Origin: an uncultured Clostridia bacterium
GTDB lineage: Bacteria; Bacillota; Clostridia; Oscillospirales; Acutalibacteraceae
Direction of reading: 5' to 3'
Length of the DNA: 64,000 nt
NCBI GenBank assembly: GCA_947623205.1
Contig: CANQGM010000010.1
Coordinates: 12,811-76,810, forward strand
Shown here: positions 17,848 through 26,488 of the stretch, piece after piece
How the letters are laid out: every line of letters begins with the position of its first letter
How positions within the stretch are numbered: position 1 is the first letter of the stretch
Translations under genes and position numbers: made by a program
The notes under the pieces: model-generated
Database searches by the model: none
What the model saw: only the letters and a program-made list of their open reading frames with translations
What the model was told of the DNA's origin: nothing

Positions 17848-18630
17848 TTATTCCGGTCTGCCTATTTTTCTAAATCGCTCATAACGGGCAGAAGTGAGTT
17901 CATCATCTGATAACGCAAGATTTTTTTCAAATGTTCGGCTTATCAAAATTTTAAGACTTTCAAACATTTTTGTTTCGTCTGCTTTAGGCTGACGGATTAT
18001 ACGCTCAATAACTCCGAGTTTAAACAAATCGGGAGCCGTCATTTTAAGCGCTTCCGCCGCCTCGGGGGCCTTTGTGCTGTCCTTCCACAGTATTGACGCA
18101 CAGCCCTCGGGAGAAATTACCGAGTAAACCGCGTTTTCAAGCATCCATACTTCATCGGCAACCGCAAGTGCAAGCGCGCCGCCGCTTCCGCCCTCGCCTA
18201 TCAAAATAGTGAGTATAGGTGTTTTAAGCGTCATCATTTCCATAATATTTTCTGCAATAGCCTGCCCCTGTCCGCGTTCCTCTGCGCCTATTCCGCAGAA
18301 AGCTCCGCTTGTATCAACAAAACACAAAACCGGACGGCGAAACTTTTCAGCCTGTTTCATAAGTCTTAAAGCTTTGCGGTATCCCTCGGGATGAGCCTGA
18401 CCGAAGTTGCGTTCCATACGCTCCTTTGTATTTCTGCCCTTTTCAAGACCAATTACGGTTACGGGTGTGTCATACAGCATAGCAAGCCCTGCAACTACTG
18501 CCTTGTCATCCGAATAACGTCTGTCGCCGTGCAGTTCAATAAAGCTGTCTCCGAACATACGCGCAATAAAATCAATTGACGTCAGTTTTTTTGCGTCCCG
18601 TGCCGCAGTAACTTTCTCATAAGCTGTCAT
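17848..18630 (-). CDS. accA: Acetyl-CoA carboxylase carboxyltransferase alpha
   Basis: ELHGDRRYSDD, NFGQAHPEGYRKA, IGEGGSGGALA. ATGA overlap with the accD stop. Confidence 0.96.
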   Translation of the reverse strand: MTAYEKVTAARDAKKLTSIDFIARMFGDSFIELHGDRRYSDDKAVVAGLAMLYDTPVTVIGLEKGRNTKERMERNFGQAHPEGYRKALRLMKQAEKFRRPVLCFVDTSGAFCGIGAEERGQGQAIAENIMEMMTLKTPILTILIGEGGSGGALALAVADEVWMLENAVYSVISPEGCASILWKDSTKAPEAAEALKMTAPDLFKLGVIERIIRQPKADETKMFESLKILISRTFEKNLALSDDELTSARYERFRKIGRPE

Positions 18631-19496
18631 TGCTCCGGCACCTCCTCGCAATATCCGTGTATTTTAAGCAGTTTTACTATTGTATTCTTTAAATTATCTC
18701 TGCTGACCACAGCATCAACAAAGCCTTTTTGCAAGACAAATTCAGAAGTCTGAAAATCCCTTGGCAGCTTCTGACGCATGGTCTGCTCAATAACTCTGGG
18801 GCCTGCAAAAGCTACAAGCGTGTCAGGCTCGGCAAGAATAATATCGCCCTCCATTGCAAACGAAGCCGTTACACCGCCTGTTGTGGGGTCGGTCAAAACC
18901 GTTATGTACAGTCCGCCCGCATCGCTGTGACGTTTTACCGCTCCGGAGGTCTTTGCCATTTGCATAAGCGACATTATGCCCTCCTGCATTCTGGCGCCTC
19001 CCGAAACCGTACATACCACAACGGGCATTTTTTTATCGGCAGCATATTCAAAGGCGCGGGTTATTTTTTCTCCCGTAACCGTTCCCATGCTGCCCATCAT
19101 AAAATCTGCGTCCATAACGCACAAAACCGTTTTTATTCCGCCTATTTTACATTCGCCGCATATTACTGATTCTTTGGCATTTTTAGTTCTTGCCTTTTCA
19201 AGCTTTTTTTCATAACCGGGAAAATCAAGAATATTTGTGCTTGTCATATCTGCGTCGTGCTCCGTAAAGGTTTCATCATCGGCAAGCATTTTTATCCTCT
19301 GTCTTGCATTCATTCTGAAATGATGACCGCACTTTGTGCAAATTCGCAAATTTTCCTCCATATCGGTTGTCAGCAGCATTGTGTTGCACTTTGGGCATTT
19401 CACCCACATTTCTTCGGGTATAAAAGGAATATTCTGCTGCTCATTGGGCTGCGATTCAAGTTCATTTTTAGGTTTTCTGAAAGAAAATAAATCCAT
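18627..19496 (-). CDS. accD: Acetyl-CoA carboxylase carboxyltransferase beta
   Basis: WVKCPKC..CTKC zinc finger, FMMGSMG, SGGARMQEG, PTTGGVTASFA. Confidence 0.97.
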   Translation of the reverse strand: MDLFSFRKPKNELESQPNEQQNIPFIPEEMWVKCPKCNTMLLTTDMEENLRICTKCGHHFRMNARQRIKMLADDETFTEHDADMTSTNILDFPGYEKKLEKARTKNAKESVICGECKIGGIKTVLCVMDADFMMGSMGTVTGEKITRAFEYAADKKMPVVVCTVSGGARMQEGIMSLMQMAKTSGAVKRHSDAGGLYITVLTDPTTGGVTASFAMEGDIILAEPDTLVAFAGPRVIEQTMRQKLPRDFQTSEFVLQKGFVDAVVSRDNLKNTIVKLLKIHGYCEEVPEQ

Positions 19497-19500
19497 ATAA

Positions 19501-20859
19501 TTACTTCTTTCCGCCGGTTTGCTTTTCTTCAAACTCAGCCATAAAGTCTGTTGTATATTCGCCGCTTACAAATTGCTCATCCGACAAAATCTCGGCAAGC
19601 AAGTCACGGTTAATGTCAATGCCGTCAATTGTAAGTTCTGACAGCGCCATTTTCATTTTTCTGATTGCCTCCGCTCGGCTTCTTGCCTGCACAATAAGCT
19701 TGCCTATCATAGAATCATAATAAGGCGGCACAAAATAGTCCTGAAAAATGGCGGTATCAAAGCGCACAAACGAACCGCCCGGAGTATGCAACCTTGTAAT
19801 TTTGCCACAGCTCGGACGGAAGTTCTTTTCCGGATTTTCCGCATTTATTCTGCACTCAATAACATTTCCGTGTGTAAAAATACTGTCCTGAGTGCGGGAA
19901 AGCTTTGCGCCTGCGGCAATTCTTATTTGCCACTGAACAATGTCAAGTCCCGTAACCATTTCGGTTACGCCGTGTTCAACCTGCAGCCGCGTATTCATTT
20001 CCATAAAGTAGAAATTATTATTTTGGTCAAGCAAAAATTCAACTGTTCCCGCATTAACATAATTTACCGCCTTTGCGGCTTTTACTGCGGAAATCATCAT
20101 TTCCTTGCGGGTTTTTTCATCAAGGGCGGGACTCGGACTCTCTTCGATCAACTTTTGATTTTTTCTCTGAACCGAACATTCTCTTTCGCCAAGACATATA
20201 ATGTTGCCGTATTTATCGCATAAAAGCTGCATTTCAATATGCTTTACAGGATGAATAAACCGCTCAAGATAACATGCCCCGTCGCCAAAAGCCGACTGAG
20301 CCTCGCTTGAAGCCGAAAGAAAAGCCTCGTCAAACTGCTCAATAGAGTCTACCCTGCGTATTCCCTTTCCGCCGCCGCCGGAACGTGCCTTTATAAGCAG
20401 AGGAAATCCAATTTTTTTTGCTTCTTCCTTTGCCTGCGCAACATCTGAAACAATGTCGCATCCGGGAGTAACGGGAACGCCTGCGGCACGCATTGTTTTG
20501 CGCGCGCTGTCCTTGTCACCCAAAAGTTTTATCATTTCAGACGATGGACCTATAAAATTTATGTTGCATTTTTCGCATAGAGATACAAATTTGGCGTTTT
20601 CAGACAATAACCCGTAACCGGGATGAATTGCCTGTGCGCCGCTCTCAACGGCAACCGTGAGAATTGCAGGCATATTAAGATAGCTGTCAGCAACACGGCT
20701 GCCGCCTACACAGTAACTTTCGTCCGCAAGCTGAACGTGCATTGCGTCTTTGTCTGCTTCGGAATATATGGCAACCGTAATTATACCCATCTCGCGGCAA
20801 GCGCGGATTATTCTTACGGCAATTTCTCCGCGGTTGGCAATGAGAATTTTAGAAAACAT
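19501..20859 (-). CDS. accC: Biotin carboxylase
   Basis: KILIANRGEIA, HPGYGLLSENA, GGGGKGIR, EMNTRLQVEH, PPYYDSMIGK. Confidence 0.98.
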   Translation of the reverse strand: MFSKILIANRGEIAVRIIRACREMGIITVAIYSEADKDAMHVQLADESYCVGGSRVADSYLNMPAILTVAVESGAQAIHPGYGLLSENAKFVSLCEKCNINFIGPSSEMIKLLGDKDSARKTMRAAGVPVTPGCDIVSDVAQAKEEAKKIGFPLLIKARSGGGGKGIRRVDSIEQFDEAFLSASSEAQSAFGDGACYLERFIHPVKHIEMQLLCDKYGNIICLGERECSVQRKNQKLIEESPSPALDEKTRKEMMISAVKAAKAVNYVNAGTVEFLLDQNNNFYFMEMNTRLQVEHGVTEMVTGLDIVQWQIRIAAGAKLSRTQDSIFTHGNVIECRINAENPEKNFRPSCGKITRLHTPGGSFVRFDTAIFQDYFVPPYYDSMIGKLIVQARSRAEAIRKMKMALSELTIDGIDINRDLLAEILSDEQFVSGEYTTDFMAEFEEKQTGGKK

Positions 20860-20885
20860 TATTTCACTTCCAAAAATTTATTGGA

Positions 20886-21305
20886 TTACTTATTTTCAAT
20901 TAATGCAAAAGACAGTTCCGCACTTACACACAGCTTTCCGTCAACATAACCCTTTGCATCAATAAAGTAGAAAGCGCCTCTGCTTTTTGTAAGAGTACAC
21001 ACGCTTTCAAGCGTGTCGCCCGGTTTTACGGTATTTTTAAATTTTACGTTGTTCATTTTAGTAAAGTACGGTGTGCAGTTCTTAGCTTTGTCGGCAAGAA
21101 GGCAGCAGCTTGCCTGTCCCATCATTTCGCACAACATTACACCCGGAACGACCGGATTCCCCGGAAAATGTCCTTTTAAAAAGAACTCGTCACCTTTTAT
21201 TGTATATTTGCCTTTAGCCGTATTTTCGTCAACACTTTCAGCCTCATCAACAAGAAGCATATTGTCCCGATGCGGCAGAATTTTTTTAATTTCTTCCCGG
21301 TTCAT
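20886..21305 (-). CDS. fabZ: 3-hydroxyacyl-ACP dehydratase
   Basis: LPHRDNMLLVD and GHFPGNPVVPGV motifs. Confidence 0.95.
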   Translation of the reverse strand: MNREEIKKILPHRDNMLLVDEAESVDENTAKGKYTIKGDEFFLKGHFPGNPVVPGVMLCEMMGQASCCLLADKAKNCTPYFTKMNNVKFKNTVKPGDTLESVCTLTKSRGAFYFIDAKGYVDGKLCVSAELSFALIENK

Positions 21306-21324
21306 TAAAACACCTTAAATCCGA

Positions 21325-21768
21325 TTATTTAATATTGAATAGCGGCTGACCGTACTCAACGAGTTCTCCGTCTTTTGCAAGTACTGCAACGATCTCTCCG
21401 TCCTCTTCAGCCTGAATTTCATTCATACATTTCATTGCCTCTACAATGCAGACCGTATCGCCCTTTTTAACCTGTTTTCCAACTGAAACATACGGTTCGC
21501 TGTCGGGGGAAGGCGCCGCATAAAACACACCGACTATCGGCGATTTAATTGATTTGCAGTTGTCAGGAGCAGCCTCCTGCGGCTGATTGACAGATATATT
21601 CTGCGGAGCAACAGTCTGAACGTCCGGCTGCGAAACAGTCTGTGATATTATCTGACGGGGCTTTTCAAGTCTTATTTTTGAGCCGTCTTCCTTTTGAAGT
21701 TCAAGAACCGAAAGTGAAGAGGCCTCAAGAACTGAAATAAATTCTTTGATTTCATCTATACTATACAT
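21325..21768 (-). CDS. accB: Biotin carboxyl carrier protein
   Basis: SPIVGVFY, EAMKCMNEI biotinylation motif, VEYGQPLF. Confidence 0.96.
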   Translation of the reverse strand: MYSIDEIKEFISVLEASSLSVLELQKEDGSKIRLEKPRQIISQTVSQPDVQTVAPQNISVNQPQEAAPDNCKSIKSPIVGVFYAAPSPDSEPYVSVGKQVKKGDTVCIVEAMKCMNEIQAEEDGEIVAVLAKDGELVEYGQPLFNIK

Positions 21769-21829
21769 TGCAACTGCCCTTTCTTAGTTAGATAATGTAA
21801 AAACGCATAATTACAGCGCGCGGTACCGC

Positions 21830-23059
21830 TTATATTTTTTTAAAAACAACACAAGCGTCGTGTCCGCCGAATCCAAGATTTGTAGACGCGGCAACATTGA
21901 TGTCACGCTTAACCGCTTTATTGGGTGTGTAATTAAGGTCAAGCCCTTCATCCGGCTCGTCAAGATTGATTGTGGGAGGAATAATTCCCTCTTTCAGCGC
22001 CATAACGGATACAATTGCTTCAACTGCACCTGTTGCGCCAAGCATATGGCCTGTCATAGACTTTGTTGAGCTGATATTCGCGTCATATGCCTTTTCTCCG
22101 AGAGCCGCTTTAATAGCCATAGTTTCCGTAATGTCATTTAAGTGCGTACTTGTACCGTGAGCATTTATATATATTTGGGCGTCATCTTTCACATCAGCCT
22201 CTTTAAATGCAATTTCAATTGCTCTGGCAAGTCCCGCGCCCTCGGGGTCGGGAGCGGTAACATGGTACGCGTCGCAGGTGTTGCCGTAACCCGAAAATTC
22301 AGCGTAAATCTTTGCGCCCCTTGCCTTTGCATGTTCATATTCTTCAAGAATAAGCATACCTGCACCCTCACCCATTACAAAACCGTCACGGCCTTTGTCA
22401 AACGGACGAGAAGCCTTTTTAGGGTCGGTATTTGTTGAAAGAGCCTTGATATTCTGGAATCCCGCAATTGTAAGCGGAGCAATAACAGCCTCTGTTCCGC
22501 CTGCAATAACGGCGTCGGCATATCCGTCCTTAACTGCGTGAAAAGCCTCCCCTATTGAGTTTGTTCCCGTTGCGCAGGCACTCATTACCGAAAGCGAAGC
22601 TCCTTTTGCGTTAAAGCGGATTGCAACGTTGCCGGTCGCAATGTTGCCGATCATCATCGGTATAAAAAACGGAGAGACCTTTTTTGCTCCGTTTTTTTCC
22701 ATTGCTATCGTATTTGTAACAAATGTATGAAGTCCTCCGATGCCTGCGCCAATATAAACACCCAAACGGTTTTCGTCAATTTTGCCGAGTATCCCGCTGT
22801 CATCAACGGCCTCCTGCGCCGCAGCTATTGCATATTGGCTGTACAGGTCAAGCTTTCTGATTTCTCTTTTTTCTATATATTTTTCAGGTTCAAATTTTTT
22901 TACAGTACCTGCAATGTGAACCTTTAAATCACTTGTATCAAATTCTGTAATTGTTTCAATTCCGCAAACGCCGTCAACAAGATTTTTCCACATTGTGGGA
23001 ACATCGTTTCCAACCGGACTGATTGCGCCAAGACCCGTTACTACTACTCTTCTGCTCAT
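21830..23059 (-). CDS. fabF: 3-oxoacyl-ACP synthase II
   Basis: RRVVVTGLG, SACATG, NAHGTST, TGHMLGA, NLGFGG. Start at 23059. Confidence 0.97.
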   Translation of the reverse strand: MSRRVVVTGLGAISPVGNDVPTMWKNLVDGVCGIETITEFDTSDLKVHIAGTVKKFEPEKYIEKREIRKLDLYSQYAIAAAQEAVDDSGILGKIDENRLGVYIGAGIGGLHTFVTNTIAMEKNGAKKVSPFFIPMMIGNIATGNVAIRFNAKGASLSVMSACATGTNSIGEAFHAVKDGYADAVIAGGTEAVIAPLTIAGFQNIKALSTNTDPKKASRPFDKGRDGFVMGEGAGMLILEEYEHAKARGAKIYAEFSGYGNTCDAYHVTAPDPEGAGLARAIEIAFKEADVKDDAQIYINAHGTSTHLNDITETMAIKAALGEKAYDANISSTKSMTGHMLGATGAVEAIVSVMALKEGIIPPTINLDEPDEGLDLNYTPNKAVKRDINVAASTNLGFGGHDACVVFKKI

Positions 23060-23072
23060 ATTAACCTCCGAA

Positions 23073-23816
23073 TCACATTGCAAGTCCGCCGTCTACCCTG
23101 ATAACCTCGCCAGTTACATAGGCTGCATCATCAGAGCACAAAAATGCTACTACGTTGGCAACATCTTCCGGAGTGCCTATGCGCTTTGCCGGGATCTGCG
23201 CTTTCATAGCATCTTTAACCTTGTCTGAAAGGACATTAGTCATTTCAGTACCTATATATCCCGGAGCAACAGCGTTAACTGTAACTCCTCTACCTGCAAG
23301 CTCCTTGGCAACCGACTTTGTAATGCCGATTATTCCTGCCTTTGAGGCGGAATAGTTAGCCTGACCGGCATTTCCTATCAAGCCGACAATTGATGAAGTG
23401 CTTACAATTCTGCCGCAGCGTTTTTTCATAAAGTGCTTATATGTATGCTTAATCATATTAAATGTGCCTTTAAGATTAACATTTATTACGGCGTCAAAAT
23501 CACTTTCATCCATATTGAGAACAAGTTTATCGCGCGTTATTCCTGCATTGTTTACAAGAATATCAATACCGCCGAAATCTTCAATTACTTTTTCAACCGT
23601 CTGCTTTGAGGCTTCAAAATCCGAAACATCGCAGTAGTACTGTTCGATCTTCGTGCCGTACTGCAAAAGTTCTTCTTTCGCCTTTTCCCCTTCGCTCTTA
23701 TCTCCTACATAAAGAATAGCGATGTCGGCACCGCCTTTAGCAAGCTTTTTTGCAATTGCAAGACCGATTCCTCTTGAGCCGCCTGTTACGACGGCAGTTT
23801 TATTTTGAAAATTCAT
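23073..23816 (-). CDS. fabG: 3-oxoacyl-ACP reductase
   Basis: TGGSRGIG, NNAGITRD, NYSASKAG, RVDGG. Start at 23816. Confidence 0.97.
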   Translation of the reverse strand: MNFQNKTAVVTGGSRGIGLAIAKKLAKGGADIAILYVGDKSEGEKAKEELLQYGTKIEQYYCDVSDFEASKQTVEKVIEDFGGIDILVNNAGITRDKLVLNMDESDFDAVINVNLKGTFNMIKHTYKHFMKKRCGRIVSTSSIVGLIGNAGQANYSASKAGIIGITKSVAKELAGRGVTVNAVAPGYIGTEMTNVLSDKVKDAMKAQIPAKRIGTPEDVANVVAFLCSDDAAYVTGEVIRVDGGLAM

Positions 23817-23867
23817 AAAAACCTCCAGCTTCCGCGTTAAAAGCACGCAATTTACTAATTTAAAATA

Positions 23868-24770
23868 TTAAAGTTCAAGTGCATTAATATCATCCGGATT
23901 TTCAACCTTAAATGCCTTTACGCCGGGATTAATTCTTTTTATTAGACCGGTGAGTGTTTTACCGACGCCTGCTTCAATAAAGGTATCAACACCGTCATTT
24001 ATCATATTTTCAATAATTGTCTGCCACTTTACCGGATTTTCAACCTGAGCCTTAACAAGCTTTTTAAAGTCACCTGAGTACGGTCGGGCAGTGTAGTCGG
24101 AATAAATCTCAATTTCCGGCTCTGAAAATTCAATATCTTCCATATATTTTTCAAGATTTAATGCCGCGTCTGCCATAAACGGGGAATGAAAAGCTCCGCT
24201 TACCGCAAGCAGTTTTGCTCTGCCCCCGGCGTCTTTAACCGCCTGACAAAACTTTTCTGCGTTTTCGCTTGTTGTTGCCACAACGGTCTGTGCCGGTGAG
24301 TTGTAGTTTACGGGATAAGTTTTATCAAACTTTTCACATATCTTTTCAACCTGCTGCGGCGTAATCTTCATTACTGCCGCCATTACCCCGGGATTTTCAA
24401 AAGCCGCCTTGTCCATAAGTTCGCCTCGTTTGCAAACGAGCTTAAACGCGTTTTCCTCAGAAAGCATTTTAGAAAATGCAATAGCGGCAATTTCACCAAG
24501 CGAAAAGCCCGCAGCGCAGTCGGGTTTAATTCCCTTTTCAAGCAAGGCTTTTGCCGCCGCAAGGTCAGCCGCAAATACGCAGGGCTGAGTATTTACAGTC
24601 TTGCACAGTTCCTCTGCCGTACCCTCAAAGCACTGTTTTGAAGTACCCTTGCGAATGGAATCCGCCATATCAAAAACGGCTTTTGCGGCAGGAGAGGACT
24701 CATAAAAAGCCTTTCCCATTCCGCTGTACTGCGCGCCCTGACCCGAAAATACAAAAGCTATTTTACCCAT
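23868..24770 (-). CDS. fabD: Malonyl-CoA:ACP transacylase
   Basis: FSGQGAQ, GFSLGE, VSGAFHSP, PVKWQ. Confidence 0.96.
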   Translation of the reverse strand: MGKIAFVFSGQGAQYSGMGKAFYESSPAAKAVFDMADSIRKGTSKQCFEGTAEELCKTVNTQPCVFAADLAAAKALLEKGIKPDCAAGFSLGEIAAIAFSKMLSEENAFKLVCKRGELMDKAAFENPGVMAAVMKITPQQVEKICEKFDKTYPVNYNSPAQTVVATTSENAEKFCQAVKDAGGRAKLLAVSGAFHSPFMADAALNLEKYMEDIEFSEPEIEIYSDYTARPYSGDFKKLVKAQVENPVKWQTIIENMINDGVDTFIEAGVGKTLTGLIKRINPGVKAFKVENPDDINALEL

Positions 24771-25708
24771 TTTGCCGCTCCGTTCAAAGTTTCTTCAGCC
24801 TGTGTAAACATTTCAACTATCATTTCACGCGCGGGCTGTTCCTTTTTAACCATGGCAGCTACCTGACCGGCAAGAACCGTACCGTGTGAAACGTCACCCT
24901 CTCTGACTGCGAGCCTCACTGTTCCTATGCCCATTTTTTCAAGCTCTTCATCGGAAAACTCTGCCGAATTATATTCAGCCTTTGTGTACTCGCGCGTAAA
25001 AGAGTTGCGAATCGAGCGCACCGGATGTCCAAGTCTTTTTCCGGTAACCACCGTATCAATATCTTTTGCTTTCAATACTTTATTTTTATATTCCTGCGAT
25101 ATAGTGCATTCTTTGGCAACAAGAAACCTCGTTCCCACCTGAACGCCGACAGCGCCGAGCATAAACGCGGCCGCAATTTGTCTGCCGTCCGCAATGCCGC
25201 CTGCCGCGATTACCGGAATAGAAACAGCGTCAACTACCTGAGGAACAAGCGCCATTGTTGTAAGGTCGCCGACATGACCGCCGGATTCGCCGCCTTCGGC
25301 AATTACCGCGAACGCGCCGTCCTTTTCCATTTTTCTTGCAAGTGCAACGCTGGGCACTACGGGGATCACCTTAATTCCGGCTTCAAGCCACCTGGCCATA
25401 TATTTTCCCGGATTTCCCGCACCTGTTGTAACTACCTTTATGCCTTCTTCTACAACAACATCGGCAACTTCCTCAGCAAACGGACTCATAAGCATAATGT
25501 TCACGCCAAAGGGTTTGTCTGTAAGCTTTTTGCATTTATGAATTTCTTCCCGAAGCTGTTCTCCGTTTGAATTCATTGCCGCAATTATACCAAGACCGCC
25601 TGCGTTTGAAACACCTGCCGCAAGGGACGCGTCTGCCACCCAAGCCATTCCGCCCTGAAAAATCGGAAATTCAAGACCAAGCGTTTTGTCTATTACGGTA
25701 GAAATCAT
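24758..25708 (-). CDS. fabK: Enoyl-ACP reductase II
   Basis: PIFQGGMAWV, EGGESGGH, AAGGIADG, QVGTRF. Start at 25708. Confidence 0.95.
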   Translation of the reverse strand: MISTVIDKTLGLEFPIFQGGMAWVADASLAAGVSNAGGLGIIAAMNSNGEQLREEIHKCKKLTDKPFGVNIMLMSPFAEEVADVVVEEGIKVVTTGAGNPGKYMARWLEAGIKVIPVVPSVALARKMEKDGAFAVIAEGGESGGHVGDLTTMALVPQVVDAVSIPVIAAGGIADGRQIAAAFMLGAVGVQVGTRFLVAKECTISQEYKNKVLKAKDIDTVVTGKRLGHPVRSIRNSFTREYTKAEYNSAEFSDEELEKMGIGTVRLAVREGDVSHGTVLAGQVAAMVKKEQPAREMIVEMFTQAEETLNGAAKWVK

Positions 25709-25812
25709 ATGTATATTCTCCTTCTCAGCACTTTCCGCGGTTTTTGACAATAATATTTCTGCAATATTTCATTATTACAGAATTCTACAAATTGCCGCGG
25801 TCATCTGATAAA

Positions 25813-25873
25813 TATTATGGCATATTAGTTTTATAGTAACTCAAAAGCATTCAAAAGTCAATATGCCATAATA
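25813..25873. promoter_or_regulatory. fab operon promoter bracketed by 14-bp inverted repeats
   Basis: TATTATGGCATATT (25813-25826) and AATATGCCATAATA (25860-25873) flank TTGACT-N17-TACTAT on the minus strand. Confidence 0.55.
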
Positions 25874-25893
25874 ACTTTTTGGATTTATATGCA

Positions 25894-26214
25894 TTAACTT
25901 CCATAATCCTCCATAGCCTTTCTCAAAAGTGTTTTTCCTTTTATTTCTATTCCTTTTTCAAGTCTCTTTATATCGCCCTGCGGCAGACTGTCAGTCAATG
26001 TGTCGGTTGTAATATAAGGGGTGTTTTCCCCTTTTTTGTAAACAACAAGATATGAATTTTCCGTTTTAAGCACAAAAATATCATCTTCGCTTGCGGAAGT
26101 TTGCTGTGTCTGTGTGTTTTGGGATGATTCGGCTGATGTTGACGGCGCAAAAAATGTGCCTGCAAGCAGACAGCTTATAAGTATAATTCCCGTAATGCAA
26201 ACAAGTTGTTTCAA
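25894..26214 (-). CDS. Secreted/membrane protein resembling the BofC C-terminal domain (sporulation-associated)
   Basis: N-terminal hydrophobic segment; LKTENSYLVVY..LPQGDIKRLEKGI..EDYGS pattern. Recognised from memory, not searched. Confidence 0.6.
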   Translation of the reverse strand: MKQLVCITGIILISCLLAGTFFAPSTSAESSQNTQTQQTSASEDDIFVLKTENSYLVVYKKGENTPYITTDTLTDSLPQGDIKRLEKGIEIKGKTLLRKAMEDYGS

Positions 26215-26488
26215 TTCGATCTTCCTCTTTCAAAGATTATATTTTTATTCATAGTTTTACCCGAAATATTTGAAATATTCACCTATTTACATAAAATATT
26301 TTTACAAAGTAGACATATTCGCATATTTTTTAAATAAAAATTGAATTAATATATTTATTTTTTCTTTTTCAAGTGCTATAATACTTATTAATAGTGTTTT
26401 ACTCTGCTATGTTTAAGCAAATGATATATCTATGATTTTGTAAAAATAAAAGAAGTTTAAGGCACTTGTGCCGTTATAAGGAGTAAAT

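Noticed and set aside
18729-20223. 146-aa and 145-aa plus-strand ORFs opposite accD and accC
   Set aside because: Antisense shadows of conserved genes, without RBS.
25025-25570. 181-aa plus-strand ORF
   Set aside because: Antisense to fabK; typical codon-bias shadow.
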